Shown here: positions 43,330-53,721 of the stretch, piece by piece
Layout: each line of letters begins with the position of its first letter
How positions within the stretch are numbered: the first letter of the stretch is position 1
From: an uncultured Chloroflexia bacterium
GTDB lineage: Bacteria; Chloroflexota; Limnocylindria; QHBO01
DNA: 64,000 nucleotides
NCBI GenBank assembly: GCA_963799675.1
Contig: CAWCXQ010000003.1
Span: 293,577 to 357,576, forward strand
Direction: 5' to 3'
Notes under the pieces: model-generated
What the model saw: the letters and a program-made list of their open reading frames with translations, nothing else
Database searches by the model: none
Told to the model about the DNA's origin: nothing
Position numbers and translations under genes: made by a program

Positions 43330-44232
43330 GGGCGCCTCCGCCCGCGAGGGCGCCGGGCGCCTCCGTGCGGTGGCCGGGGTGTTGGCCAGCAGCCGGCGGA
43401 GGAACTCGATCCCGTCGGTCGCGATCGCATCCTGGCTCCGCTCGAGTGGACGCCAGATCGCCGCCGCCCTGGCAATCGCGTGGTTCTCCGAGGTGAACGA
43501 CTCGATGCAGATCGGCGGGTGTACCCAACCTCGGCAATCGCCGCCGCGATCGAGCGCCAGTCGAGATGGTCGTTTCCGGGAGCGCCGCGATCGCTGCCGG
43601 ACGCCTGCAGGTGGGCCAGCCGCGAGCCTGCTTTGCGGATCGCCATGGCCGGGTCCTTCTCCTCGATGCTCATGTGGAAGGTGTCGAGGGCAATCCCGAG
43701 ACCCGCCGAGTCGACCGCCTCGACGACCTCGAGAGCCTGATCGACGGTATTGATCAGGCTCGTCTCGAAGCGATTGAGCGGTTCCATGCGCGAGCACGAT
43801 GCCCCGCGCGGCGGCGGCTTCGGCAAGGGGCCGGAGGGTCGCGACGAGCCGCGCAATCGTCGCGCGGCGTTCCTCGTCATCGAGCAGCCACGTGCGACCG
43901 ACCGCGGAATAGATTGGGCCGGCGACGACGCGGGCGCCCACGCGGGCGGCAACGTCGATGCAGCCACGGAGGTAGTCACCTGTGGCCGCGACAATCGACG
44001 GATCGTCCGCGAGGAGATCGCGGGTCGCCGGCATCACGGCGCAGGTCGTTGCGCCGAGTCCGAGATCGTCGAGAAGGGCTCGGGCCGCGTCGGGGTCCCA
44101 GTCGCCCAGCTGCTCGATTGGCAGCTCAACGACGTCAAACCCCCAGCCAGCAATTCGCGGCGCAAGCGTCGCGAGGCGATCGTCGGTCAGCGGCGAGACC
44201 CAGATCCAGGTATTGGCGCCGAGCGGATTCAT
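43330..44232 (-). CDS. second xylose-isomerase-like TIM-barrel protein, apparent frameshift
   Basis: NTWIWVSPLTDDRLATLAPRIAGWGFDVVEL..., ESFTSE. Confidence 0.5.
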
Positions 44233-44284
44233 CGGCTCGATGGTTCCCTTCAGATCATCAATGGGAATGGTGGTGGCGGGGGCG

Positions 44285-44310
44285 ATTGCTCGCCCCCGCC
44301 TGGTGACGGG
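44285..44310 (-). terminator. candidate terminator hairpin downstream of the ABC substrate-binding protein gene
   Basis: GGCGGGGGCG-attgct-CGCCCCCGCC, a perfect 10-bp stem. No U-tract. Confidence 0.4.
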
Positions 44311-44322
44311 CGGAGCCCGTTG

Positions 44323-45546
44323 CTACTTCTGCCAGTCGGCCGGGAAGCCGGGCATCTTCTGGCACCCGCAGAGGGCGTAGAAGAGCGGCGGCATGTCCGG
44401 GCTGATGTACTGGTCGAGGTTGTCCTTGGTGATGTTCGGCTCGGGCAGGACCCATTCCTTCGGAACCTGCTCGCCCTTCAGGACCATCAGGGCGGCGATG
44501 ACCGGGGTCCGCCACTGATAGGTGGGATACGTCGGTGCGTCCGCCGTCCAGCCCTTCGACTTCCAGGCCTGCAGGAAGTCGTTCTGATCCTCACCGGAGA
44601 TGGGCGGAACGTCGAGACCCTTGTCCTCGAAGGCTTCAGCAGCCGCCACCGCGGTGGCTCCTGCATCCATCCAGACGCCGTCGATCGTCCCGTTCTTGTC
44701 GATCGCATCGGAGACGATCTGCTTCGTCTTGGCAGCGTCGCCCCCCGTCTGCTCGCTGGCAACGACGGTGATGTTGTGCTGCTTGAAGACAGCCTCAGCC
44801 GCCAGCCAACGCGTCTCCAGCACGTCCACGCCGGGGAGGATCCGGAGGGCGATCACCTTGCCTCCCGGCTTGACATTCGCCGCGATGAACTCAGCGGCAT
44901 CCGCGCCGAACGCGTAGCCACCGATCGGGTGGATGAAGGTGACCGGGCAATCGGTTGTGACGCCGCGGTCGAAGTCGATGATCGGCACGCCCGAGGCACA
45001 CGCCTGCTCGACGGCCGGGGTCAGCGCCGCGGTCGAGTTCGGGGCGACGATGATCGCGCTGCAGTTTCCGGTCTTGACCATGTCTGCCAGATCGGAGATC
45101 TGCTTGTTGTCGTCGCCGCCCGCGTCGACGTGAACGAAGCTCGTGATCTCCGGATGCAGCTTAACTTCGTGCTGCATGGTGTTGTAGCCAACGACCCGCC
45201 ATGGATTGTTCACGCCGGCGTTCGTGAAGCAGATCTTGTAGGGGCCATCCTTCTTGTACTTGGCGGTGTCGACCATCTGGGGGTCGATGGACTGAATCCA
45301 CGGCTGATCGGCAGGGCCAGTCGGGGTGACGCTCCGCTGGGCGAGCTGCTTCTCACAGGTCGCCTTATCAAAGAATGCGTTTGGCGTGGCGCCCTCACAG
45401 GATGAGGTGGCGCCGGACGACGCTGATGACGACGCGGCCGCCGAGGCGGATGAGCTCGAGGTGCCGGTGCCGCCACAGGCGGCGAGGACGAGCGCCAGGG
45501 TCGCCAGGGACGACGCGAGCCGGATGGATGTGGTCTTACCGTGCAT
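44323..45546 (-). CDS. sugar ABC transporter substrate-binding lipoprotein
   Basis: Lipobox LVLAAC, Ser-rich linker, type I periplasmic sugar-binding fold. Intact. Confidence 0.85.
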   Translation of the reverse strand: MHGKTTSIRLASSLATLALVLAACGGTGTSSSSASAAASSSASSGATSSCEGATPNAFFDKATCEKQLAQRSVTPTGPADQPWIQSIDPQMVDTAKYKKDGPYKICFTNAGVNNPWRVVGYNTMQHEVKLHPEITSFVHVDAGGDDNKQISDLADMVKTGNCSAIIVAPNSTAALTPAVEQACASGVPIIDFDRGVTTDCPVTFIHPIGGYAFGADAAEFIAANVKPGGKVIALRILPGVDVLETRWLAAEAVFKQHNITVVASEQTGGDAAKTKQIVSDAIDKNGTIDGVWMDAGATAVAAAEAFEDKGLDVPPISGEDQNDFLQAWKSKGWTADAPTYPTYQWRTPVIAALMVLKGEQVPKEWVLPEPNITKDNLDQYISPDMPPLFYALCGCQKMPGFPADWQK

Positions 45547-45664
45547 GTGGGTTCTCCTCAATCGGTGCCTGGTCCGGTGTTTTGCTTGGGTCATCGGGTC
45601 CGTCGGGGCCTCCTCTCTGCTTCCGGTGCCCCATACGGGCAATGCGGGACGATGGTGAAGTGGA

Positions 45665-46699
45665 TCAGCGAGCTCCGCGGAGACGGTACGAGGCATAGGC
45701 CACCGCACCGATGATGATCAGGCCCTGGACGCTGTCCCTGATCGGTGTGGGAAAGCCATACAGGTTCAGCAACGTGAAGAGAGCCTGCAGGGTGAGTGCG
45801 CCGGCGATGGTCGTGGGGATCGATCCTCGACCCCCACCGAGGACCGCGCCACCGAGAACGGCCGCCGAGATCGCCTGAAACTCAAAGGTCTGGCCGACCT
45901 GCGCCGACACGCCTGCGAATCCCCCGAGCAGGATCCCCGCGATCACCGCGGAGATGCCCGAAAGGACAAAAGCGACCGTCCGCACGGCCTTGATGTCGAT
46001 GCCCGCGAGCTGCGCGGCCCGCGAGTTGCCGCCGGTTGCCACGAGCTGCTGGCCGAAGTTCGTTCGATGCAGCAGCCACCACGCGACGATCGCGATGACA
46101 AGCAGGATCACGACGCTGATGGGCAGGCGTCCGATCACCGGGAATCCTTCGATATTGCCCCGTCCGAAGGCCCGGAAGTTCTCACTCAGCGAACCGCGGG
46201 GGGCGCCTCCGGTCAGATAGAAGATTCCACCGCTCAGCACGAGCAGCATTCCCAGCGTCGCGATGAAGGATGGAACGCCGAGTCGGGTGGTCACGACACC
46301 GTTGACAAGGCCGACGAGGACGCCGATGCCGAACAGAACGGCGATCACGGGCAGCGCCAGGGCGGGATTGCCGGCGATCATCAACGCTGCCGAGGTGACG
46401 ACGACCGTGATGAGGGACCCGACGGACAGGTCGATCTCGCCTGAGACGATCACAAACAGCTGGCCGGCGGCGAGGATCGCCAACGGTGCAGCCGCCTTGA
46501 GGAACGCCAGGAAGACGGACGGCTTCGCGAAGTTTGGGTTTCGCAGCGTGATCAGGACGAGTAGAACGACGAGGATGACGAAGATCGGCCCAGCGCCGCG
46601 CAGGGACCGCACCAGCCGGTCCCTCCATCCAGCGTCGACTGCGTTCGGGATCGCCAGCTCGGGACTGGGCGGCGTGATCTGGGTCAGCCCGCCGGTCAT
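45665..46699 (-). CDS. sugar ABC transporter permease (ribose/xylose-type)
   Basis: Polytopic membrane protein. Intact. Confidence 0.85.
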   Translation of the reverse strand: MTGGLTQITPPSPELAIPNAVDAGWRDRLVRSLRGAGPIFVILVVLLVLITLRNPNFAKPSVFLAFLKAAAPLAILAAGQLFVIVSGEIDLSVGSLITVVVTSAALMIAGNPALALPVIAVLFGIGVLVGLVNGVVTTRLGVPSFIATLGMLLVLSGGIFYLTGGAPRGSLSENFRAFGRGNIEGFPVIGRLPISVVILLVIAIVAWWLLHRTNFGQQLVATGGNSRAAQLAGIDIKAVRTVAFVLSGISAVIAGILLGGFAGVSAQVGQTFEFQAISAAVLGGAVLGGGRGSIPTTIAGALTLQALFTLLNLYGFPTPIRDSVQGLIIIGAVAYASYRLRGAR

Positions 46700-47709
46700 C
46701 GGCCCGCCCGCCGCTCGCGCTGGGCATAGATCGCGACCGCAGCGACGATGATCACGCCCCGCACGACGTCCTTGACGAAGCTGTTGAACTGAAGCGCGTT
46801 GAAGGCGTTGTCGATGATCGCGAGGATGAGCACGCCGGCGAACGTTCCCCAGACGCCGCCGCGGCCTCCGGCGAGCGCGGTCCCGCCGACCACTACAGCC
46901 GCGATCGATTCGAGGTCGTACCCACCGTCAGGCCCGATCCACGGGGCTCCGGCCCGGATGCGGGCGACGAGGAAAAGACCCGTCAGTACGGCCGCCAGGC
47001 TGCACAGGATGTGGGCGCCGATTACCACCCGATGCGAGCGAACGCCGGACAGGCGAGCCGTCTCTTCGTTGCCACCGACCGCGTAGAGGTGGTGACCGAA
47101 GCGCGTTGAGCGGAGAAGGAACCAGACGCCGAACATCGTCGCGGCGAGGACGATCACCGACCACGGAATCGGTCCCAGCGTCCCATAGCCGAGGACCTCG
47201 AACTGGGGCGCCACCTTGCCGGCGAAGTTGTCGAACGCGGCGTTGAGAAGGCCGCGGAGGATGAGTCCCACTCCGAGGGTCGCGATAAACGCGTTGACCC
47301 GGAGCTTCGTCACCAGCAATCCATTGGCGAGTCCGACGACGACACCGATGCCGATCACGGCCAACACCGCCGCGACAATTCGACTCGGGTCGCCGTTCAT
47401 GATCAATGAGCTGATGAGTGCCGAGACGCTGATCAGGTAGGCGACCGACAGATCAAGCGAGCCGGCCAGGATGACCACCGTCTGGCCGGCGGCCACGATC
47501 CCCAGGGCGACTGAGCGAACCAGCATGCTCGTGAGGTTGTCGATCGTCACGAAGCGCCCGCCTGCGAGACTGACGATCAGCCACGCGGCGAGGAAGACCA
47601 CGAACAGGACGAGATAGATCGGCGCGGCATTGGTCGAGGCCACGCTCGAGCGGATGGCTTCGATTCGCGAGCCGCGGCCGCCCGGCATAGTGACCGGTGG
47701 CGTCGTCAC
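46696..47709 (-). CDS. sugar ABC transporter permease (ribose/xylose-type)
   Basis: GTG start overlapping the ATPase stop (GTGA). Intact. Confidence 0.8.
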   Translation of the reverse strand: MTTPPVTMPGGRGSRIEAIRSSVASTNAAPIYLVLFVVFLAAWLIVSLAGGRFVTIDNLTSMLVRSVALGIVAAGQTVVILAGSLDLSVAYLISVSALISSLIMNGDPSRIVAAVLAVIGIGVVVGLANGLLVTKLRVNAFIATLGVGLILRGLLNAAFDNFAGKVAPQFEVLGYGTLGPIPWSVIVLAATMFGVWFLLRSTRFGHHLYAVGGNEETARLSGVRSHRVVIGAHILCSLAAVLTGLFLVARIRAGAPWIGPDGGYDLESIAAVVVGGTALAGGRGGVWGTFAGVLILAIIDNAFNALQFNSFVKDVVRGVIIVAAVAIYAQRERRAGR

Positions 47710-49223
47710 GCGGCTCCTGCCACGTCCTGCTCGCCGGTCGCGAGAAACATGATGTCGGCCTCCGTGGCGCCGGGCGTCAGCTCCCCGGCAATCGTGCCGT
47801 TGCGCAGGACGACCACGCGGTCGCTCATCCCGATGAGCTCGGGCAGCTCGGAGGAGATCATCAGGATCGCGGCTCCATCCCGTGCGAGCTGACGCATGAG
47901 GTCGTGGATTCCAGCCTTCGCACCCACATCGATCCCGCGGGTCGGCTCGTCGAAGATCAGAATCTGGGCCGCGCTTGCCAGCCACTTGGCCAAGACGACC
48001 TTCTGCTGGTTGCCACCTGACAGAAAGCGGACCTCTCGATCGAGCCCGGCGCCGCGCAGCTCGAGGATCTTCAGCAGCTCGGCGATCGGGACTGCGCTGC
48101 GACCACGCCGCAGGAACGACCCGAGGCTGCGGAGGGCGAGAAGGCTGTTGTCCCGGACCGAGAGGGGCAGAACGAGCCCTTCCATCTTGCGATCCTCGGT
48201 GACGAATCCCATCCGGCGCCGGACGGCCTGGCGCGCCGATCTCACCCGGATCGATTTGCCGTCTATCTCCAACGAGCCGCTGTCGAAGGGTCGGACGCCG
48301 AAGAGGGCCTGGGCCAGCTCGGTGCGGCCCGAACCGGCCAATCCGCCGATCCCGACGATCTCGCCCCGGCGGACCTCGATGTCGATATCCTGCAGGACGC
48401 CGATCACACCACCACCGCGGACGATCAGCCGAGGTTCGGCAACGTCGGCGGGGGCGGCGCGGGCCGGGAAGTAGTTGTCGAGGTCACGGCCGACCATCAG
48501 CCTGACAAGTTCGCGCGATGTGGTCGCGGACACGTCGACCGTGCCAACTCTGCGTCCGTCTTTGAGGATGGTGACCCGCTGGGCAATGTCGAAGATCTCT
48601 CGCAGGCGGTGGGAGATATAGAGAATCGCCACGCCGCGCTCCCGCAGGAGGCGAACCCGCTCGAAGAGCGCCGCCACCTCATGGGGTGAGAGCGCAGCCG
48701 TCGGCTCGTCCATGACGAGGACCTTCGAGCGAAACGACAGAGCCTTCGCGATCTCCACCGTCTGCTGCTGGGCGATCGAAAGCAACCGGACGGCCTTGTT
48801 GGGTCGGATCGCGGCCTCGACGTTGAGGCTTCGGAGAAGGTCCGCGGTCGCTCGCTCCATGGCCCGCGTGTCAACCAAGGGCCCGCGGTGGGGCTCCCGG
48901 CCGAGGTAGATGTTCTGGGCGACGGTCCGGTCCGGGAGCAGAGTGAACTCCTGGTAGATGATGCTGACCCCTGCGTTCTGGGCCTCGCTCGGGTGACCGA
49001 AGCGGACCTCCTGGCCGTCGAGGACGATCGTCCCGGCATCCGGCTGGTGCGCCCCGGAGAGGACCTTCATCAGCGTCGACTTGCCGGCTCCGTTCTCCCC
49101 GAGGATCGCGTGGATCTCGCCGGGCCGGACATCAAGGTCGACGTCCTCGAGAACGGGCACTCCGAAGAAGCTCTTGGTGATGCCACGCATCTCGAGCATC
49201 GGACTGGTGGGCTCGTCAGGCAC
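47706..49223 (-). CDS. sugar ABC transporter ATP-binding protein with duplicated nucleotide-binding domains
   Basis: Walker A GENGAGKST, LSGGNQQKV, and a second nucleotide-binding domain. Intact, 505 residues. Confidence 0.9.
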   Translation of the reverse strand: MPDEPTSPMLEMRGITKSFFGVPVLEDVDLDVRPGEIHAILGENGAGKSTLMKVLSGAHQPDAGTIVLDGQEVRFGHPSEAQNAGVSIIYQEFTLLPDRTVAQNIYLGREPHRGPLVDTRAMERATADLLRSLNVEAAIRPNKAVRLLSIAQQQTVEIAKALSFRSKVLVMDEPTAALSPHEVAALFERVRLLRERGVAILYISHRLREIFDIAQRVTILKDGRRVGTVDVSATTSRELVRLMVGRDLDNYFPARAAPADVAEPRLIVRGGGVIGVLQDIDIEVRRGEIVGIGGLAGSGRTELAQALFGVRPFDSGSLEIDGKSIRVRSARQAVRRRMGFVTEDRKMEGLVLPLSVRDNSLLALRSLGSFLRRGRSAVPIAELLKILELRGAGLDREVRFLSGGNQQKVVLAKWLASAAQILIFDEPTRGIDVGAKAGIHDLMRQLARDGAAILMISSELPELIGMSDRVVVLRNGTIAGELTPGATEADIMFLATGEQDVAGAA

Positions 49224-50526
49224 TGGCAGCCTCCGCGGTCATTCCGGTCGCCGGGTCACCGAATTGCTCGGCGAGCCGTACCGGCGCGAACAGCTCGTCG
49301 AGGACCATGGCCGCCGCACCGGTGACACCGCCGAGGGGGCCGAGCGAAGACCGTTGAACGAGCAGGTCCCGTGTGGCAAGCGGGAGGGAGCGCCGGTAGA
49401 TCGATTCCCGGATTGCGGCCAGCAACTGGTCGCCGCTCTGCGCCACTCCACCGCCGATCACGATCAGCGAAGGGTTGAAGAAATTCACGACACTGGCGAG
49501 CATCGCGCCCACGCGCCGCCCCGCGGTCTGCAAGAGCTCGACCGCGACCGGATCTCCGAATGATGCTGCGCGCGCCACATCCTCCGCCGTGACCGCACCG
49601 TGCTGGTCGAGCGCTTGCGACAGCCGATCGCTCCGGCCTTCACGCGCCAGCGATCCGGCAGCCCGGGCCAGGGCTGCACCGCCGGCCACCGCTTCGAGGC
49701 AGCCGATATTGCCGCACCTGCAGACCACTGCTGCGTCGTCGACCACCTGGATATGGCCGACGTCGCCGGCAGCTCCCTGGGCCCCGCGATGCAGCGAGCC
49801 GTCAGAGATGATGCCGGCGCCGATACCCGTGCCGATCTTGAGGACGACCACGTTCTGGTGGCCGGCCGCGATCCCAAAGCGCCACTCGCCGAGCGCCAGG
49901 ATATTGACGTCGTTGTCGACCCACACCGGAGCCCGATATCGCTTCGCGAAGCGGTCCCGGATCGGATAGCCATCCCAGCCGGGCATGATCGGGGGCGAGA
50001 TCGGCCGACCGGTCGCAAACTCGACCGGCCCTGGAATGCCGATCCCTATCCCCCAGAGCCGTCCGGGGGCGGCGCGCTTCGTGCCGCGAAGGATCTTCGC
50101 GAACAGCTCCTCCACTCGCCCCAGGATCTTTTCCGGGCCTGCGGCGATGTCCGCGGGCTCGGCGTGATGACCCAGGACTGCGCCCCCAAGGTCGGTGAGG
50201 GCGACATCGATGCTGCTGGCGCCCAGGTCGGCCACGAGCAGATGCCCGGCGTCGGCCCGGAAGGCGAGCTGGCGCGGAGGCCTGCCACCGGTGCTCGGGC
50301 CAGCCACTCTGTCTTCGAGGAGGCCTCGGTCGACCAGCTCGCTGACCCGCTGGGCCACGACTCCGCGACTCAGCCCGGTGCGGTGCGCCACCTCAGACCG
50401 CGAGCGAGATCGGCCAAGCCGGACTTCGTCGAGCACAGCCACGAGGGCTTCGAGCGCATCCTCCGGAAGCTGTGGCTGGCTGGCCTTCCGCACTTGGGCA
50501 TCGTACTTCGGCGTGTCAAGAGCCAA
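49216..50526 (-). CDS. ROK family transcriptional regulator
   Basis: N-terminal winged helix-turn-helix (VAHRTGLSRGVVAQRVSELV). ROK sugar-kinase fold with CRCGNIGCLE zinc motif. Intact. Confidence 0.8.
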   Translation of the reverse strand: MALDTPKYDAQVRKASQPQLPEDALEALVAVLDEVRLGRSRSRSEVAHRTGLSRGVVAQRVSELVDRGLLEDRVAGPSTGGRPPRQLAFRADAGHLLVADLGASSIDVALTDLGGAVLGHHAEPADIAAGPEKILGRVEELFAKILRGTKRAAPGRLWGIGIGIPGPVEFATGRPISPPIMPGWDGYPIRDRFAKRYRAPVWVDNDVNILALGEWRFGIAAGHQNVVVLKIGTGIGAGIISDGSLHRGAQGAAGDVGHIQVVDDAAVVCRCGNIGCLEAVAGGAALARAAGSLAREGRSDRLSQALDQHGAVTAEDVARAASFGDPVAVELLQTAGRRVGAMLASVVNFFNPSLIVIGGGVAQSGDQLLAAIRESIYRRSLPLATRDLLVQRSSLGPLGGVTGAAAMVLDELFAPVRLAEQFGDPATGMTAEAASA

Positions 50527-50601
50527 AGTACGTCGGCCAGGCGCCTATGTACCAGCCGTCCCTGTCAAGACGGTATGCGCGAATGAGATAGGCTCGCCGA
50601 C

Positions 50602-51111
50602 GTGGAGCTTCGGGGCCGTACCGTCCGCCTGCGTCCCGTGGCGGCTGCCGACGCCGAGCCCCTGACCCGGATCCTCGCGCATCCGGATGTCGCCCGCTGG
50701 TGGCCGAACTACGACATGGCACGCGTCGAGGCGGAGATCGTGGGAGACGAGCCCGACACCACGCACTGGGTCATCGAGCTCGACGGGGCGGTCGCCGGGA
50801 TGGTCCAGGCGTGGGAGGAGTCGGAGGCCGAGTTCCGTCACGCGGGGATCGACCTCTTCCTCGACCCGGGTGTTCGCGGCCGCGGCCTCGGTCCTGACGC
50901 CATCCGGGCGGTCGCCGCCTGGCTCACTGACGCGCGGGGCCACCATCGGATGACGATCGATCCCGCGGCGGCGAACGAGGCCGCAATTCGCGCCTACCGC
51001 AAGGTGGGATTCCGGGACGTGGGCGTGCTGCGCCGCTACCAGCGCATGGCGGACGGGTCCTGGGCCGACGCGCTGCTGATGGAGATGCTTGCGGAGGAGC
51101 TCGTGCGCTGA
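50602..51111 (+). CDS. GNAT family N-acetyltransferase
   Basis: VRGRGLG acetyl-CoA loop. Intact. Confidence 0.8.
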   Translation: MELRGRTVRLRPVAAADAEPLTRILAHPDVARWWPNYDMARVEAEIVGDEPDTTHWVIELDGAVAGMVQAWEESEAEFRHAGIDLFLDPGVRGRGLGPDAIRAVAAWLTDARGHHRMTIDPAAANEAAIRAYRKVGFRDVGVLRRYQRMADGSWADALLMEMLAEELVR

Positions 51112-51112
51112 G

Positions 51113-51967
51113 TCAACCGGGGCCGCTGATGGCGAAGACCTGACGCTTTCCCTGAAGCCCCTTCAGCTCGTGCATGCCCCGATCCTCGAAGAGGAAGGAG
51201 CTTCCGTCCAGGAGGTCGCGGATCGTCCCCGACACCACGATCTCGCCCGGCCCGGCAAGCTGCATGATCCGCTCGGCGGCGTGGACCGCGATCCCCCGGA
51301 CGTCGCCCGCGGAGACCTGGACCTCGCCGCTGTGCACTCCCTGGCGGACCTGGAGGCCGAGCTCATCCACCCGTGTGTTGAGGAGCATCGCGGCCCGGAC
51401 CGCTCGCTCGGCGCCGTCGAACAGGGCGAGCATGCCGTCGCCGGTCCACTTGATGGTCCGGCCTCGATAGCGGTCCACGGCAGCCTGCGCCCGCTCGTTG
51501 TGCTGTGCGAGCAGCTCGCGCCAGACGTCGTCCCCCATGCCGGCTGCCTGTGAGGTGGAACCGACGATATCGGTGAACAAGATGGTGGCGAGGCTGCGCT
51601 CGGCCCGGTCCTCGTCGGATCGGCCATAGCTGCGCATCGCCTCGAAGTCGACGGAGATCCAGGGCGCGTCCCCGACCACCCAGGCGTCGTGTCCAGGCGG
51701 GATCTCAAAGACGTCGCCGGACAGGAGCTCGAGCTCCGTACCATCGGGCATCTGCACGCGGAGGTGGCCCTCCAGCACCATCCCGAGGTGGTGGTATTGG
51801 CACCAATCGGTACCCGCGATCGGCTTGACGTCGACGGACCAGCGCCATCCGGGCTCATATCGCATCAGCCCAACGACGACGTCGTCCAGCTCGACCACGT
51901 CCACCTTCCCGTGCGGGAAGTGCCGAACGTCAGTTGCCTCGGAGAAGCGTCTGCGTTGGAGCCTCAA
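51113..51967 (-). CDS. cupin-domain/class III adenylate cyclase fusion protein
   Basis: N-terminal cupin. TILFTDIVGST, KWTGDGMLALF, GVHSGEV. Intact. Confidence 0.8.
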   Translation of the reverse strand: MRLQRRRFSEATDVRHFPHGKVDVVELDDVVVGLMRYEPGWRWSVDVKPIAGTDWCQYHHLGMVLEGHLRVQMPDGTELELLSGDVFEIPPGHDAWVVGDAPWISVDFEAMRSYGRSDEDRAERSLATILFTDIVGSTSQAAGMGDDVWRELLAQHNERAQAAVDRYRGRTIKWTGDGMLALFDGAERAVRAAMLLNTRVDELGLQVRQGVHSGEVQVSAGDVRGIAVHAAERIMQLAGPGEIVVSGTIRDLLDGSSFLFEDRGMHELKGLQGKRQVFAISGPG

Positions 51968-52055
51968 GGGCCGAACTCCTGTGGCGTCTCACGATCTCGT
52001 GGGCGGCAACTGTATATCGCTTCGGGCCTCCATTCTCGGTGGCATACTCGCGGAA

Positions 52056-53627
52056 ATGCCGCGTGCCGGCCCGTCCCGTCGCCTCGCCACGATCCTGTTC
52101 CTGGACGCGGTCGACTCGACGCGGATCGCCGCTGAGCTCGGCGACGAGCGATGGAAGCGGCTCCTGGGCCGATTCCGAGCCGTTGTCCGCGTGGAGCTGA
52201 AGCGCCACGGGGGCCACGAGGAGGACACCGCGGGCGACGGCTTCTTCGCGACGTTCGCGCAGCCGGCGCAGGCGGTGCGAGCCGCGGTCTCCATCGCTCG
52301 TGCCGTCCAGGCGCTGGGGATCGACCTCAGGTGTGGCCTGCATTTCGGCGAGTGCGAGACGATCGAAGGTCATCTCGGCGGGATCGCGGTGCATATCGGC
52401 TCGCGAATCATGGCTCTTGGCGGCCCCGCCGAGGTGCTGGTGAGCGCCACCGTCCGCGACCTGATCGTCGGCACCCAGGTCACCCTCGAGGACGCGGGCA
52501 GCCACGAGCTCAAGGGAGTTCCGGGAGCGTGGCAGGTCTGGCGCCTGGTCTCGCTCGACGGCTCGCCACTGCCATCGCCGGTCGACGCGGAGCAGGCCCC
52601 CGCCCTGCGCACCGGCGAGGCTGCGGCCACAAGCCGGGTGCCCCGGCGCGCGGCAACCGCGGGCCTGGCGCTGCTGGGCGTGGCCGTGGTCGTAGGCGTG
52701 ATCGCCTTTGTCACGGGCCGACTCCTGGGCGCGCCGGCGGTGAACCTCGTGAAGCTCGACCCGGCGAAGAATGCGATAGCGCTCAAGCTTCACGACGACT
52801 ATGGCGACGAGCATCTTCCCGGCGTGCTCTGGGCGGTCAACGGTGCGCTCTGGCAGGGAACGAACAAGGGATTCGACGGATTCGTGCGCCGCGACGTTGG
52901 AACCGGGAACGTCGTCGACAAGATCCCGTTGAACAAGGAGCCATCGGCCGTCACCTTCGGGTTCGGCTCCATCTGGCTCAGCGGCTTGAGCGCGCCCGGC
53001 TCGATCGACCGCTGGGACGCGGTCTCGGGCAGGCCGCAGAAGGTGATCTCCGTGGATGCCGACATCCGGTCGATGGACGCGGGGTCGGACGCGATCTGGG
53101 TCCTGGGCGAGACGGGGGAGCTCTTCAAGGTCGATCCCGTCACCAACGCGGTCGCCGGAACCTATGACACCCAGACGATGAGCCCCGGCGTCGTGGTCGC
53201 GATTGGCGACCACATGTGGGTCTGCGACTGTGACTTCCATCGGATCGTGGAGTTCGACCCCGGCAGCGACACGCTGCTTCGCACGCTCACGTTCCCGCAG
53301 TCTGGCTACCTGGTTGGCCTGACCGATACCGCCGGCGCGACCGCGCTCTGGCTCCTGGATCCGGAGGCGTCGACCCTCACGCCCATCGACGCGAAGTCCG
53401 GAACGGCGGGGCAACCGATCGGGATCGGAGCCAACCTGCACACGGCGGTTGTCGGGTTCGGGTCCGTGTGGGTGGCAGCTGGCGACAAGGTGCTGCGGGT
53501 GCAGGGCGACGGGCCCAAGGTGACTGCCAGGATTGTCATGCCCAGCGGCTTCTCGGCGGGGAGCATCGCCGTCGATCCCGAGACCGGCAGCCTGTGGGTC
53601 GCCGACTGCGGCTGTCCGATCCAGTAA
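52056..53627 (+). CDS. class III adenylate/guanylate cyclase with transmembrane helix and C-terminal beta-propeller-like extracytoplasmic domain
   Basis: ATILFLDAVDST, GDGFFATF, GLHFGE. Transmembrane GLALLGVAVVVGVIAFV. Repeated ..IWV/..LWV blades. Intact. Confidence 0.75.
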   Translation: MPRAGPSRRLATILFLDAVDSTRIAAELGDERWKRLLGRFRAVVRVELKRHGGHEEDTAGDGFFATFAQPAQAVRAAVSIARAVQALGIDLRCGLHFGECETIEGHLGGIAVHIGSRIMALGGPAEVLVSATVRDLIVGTQVTLEDAGSHELKGVPGAWQVWRLVSLDGSPLPSPVDAEQAPALRTGEAAATSRVPRRAATAGLALLGVAVVVGVIAFVTGRLLGAPAVNLVKLDPAKNAIALKLHDDYGDEHLPGVLWAVNGALWQGTNKGFDGFVRRDVGTGNVVDKIPLNKEPSAVTFGFGSIWLSGLSAPGSIDRWDAVSGRPQKVISVDADIRSMDAGSDAIWVLGETGELFKVDPVTNAVAGTYDTQTMSPGVVVAIGDHMWVCDCDFHRIVEFDPGSDTLLRTLTFPQSGYLVGLTDTAGATALWLLDPEASTLTPIDAKSGTAGQPIGIGANLHTAVVGFGSVWVAAGDKVLRVQGDGPKVTARIVMPSGFSAGSIAVDPETGSLWVADCGCPIQ

Positions 53628-53721
53628 TCCGCTGGCGGCCGGGTTGCCGCAGGTATCCACTGTCGGTATTCTCGGGAGGTGTTCGTTCGATGATCTCCTC
53701 GTCGAGTCGAGCACGAGTCGC

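Noticed and set aside
51825-52055. N-terminal extension of the propeller cyclase ORF starting at 51825
   Set aside because: The extension overlaps the divergent cupin-cyclase gene and is low-complexity (SSSSTTST). The cyclase domain begins just after the ATG at 52056.
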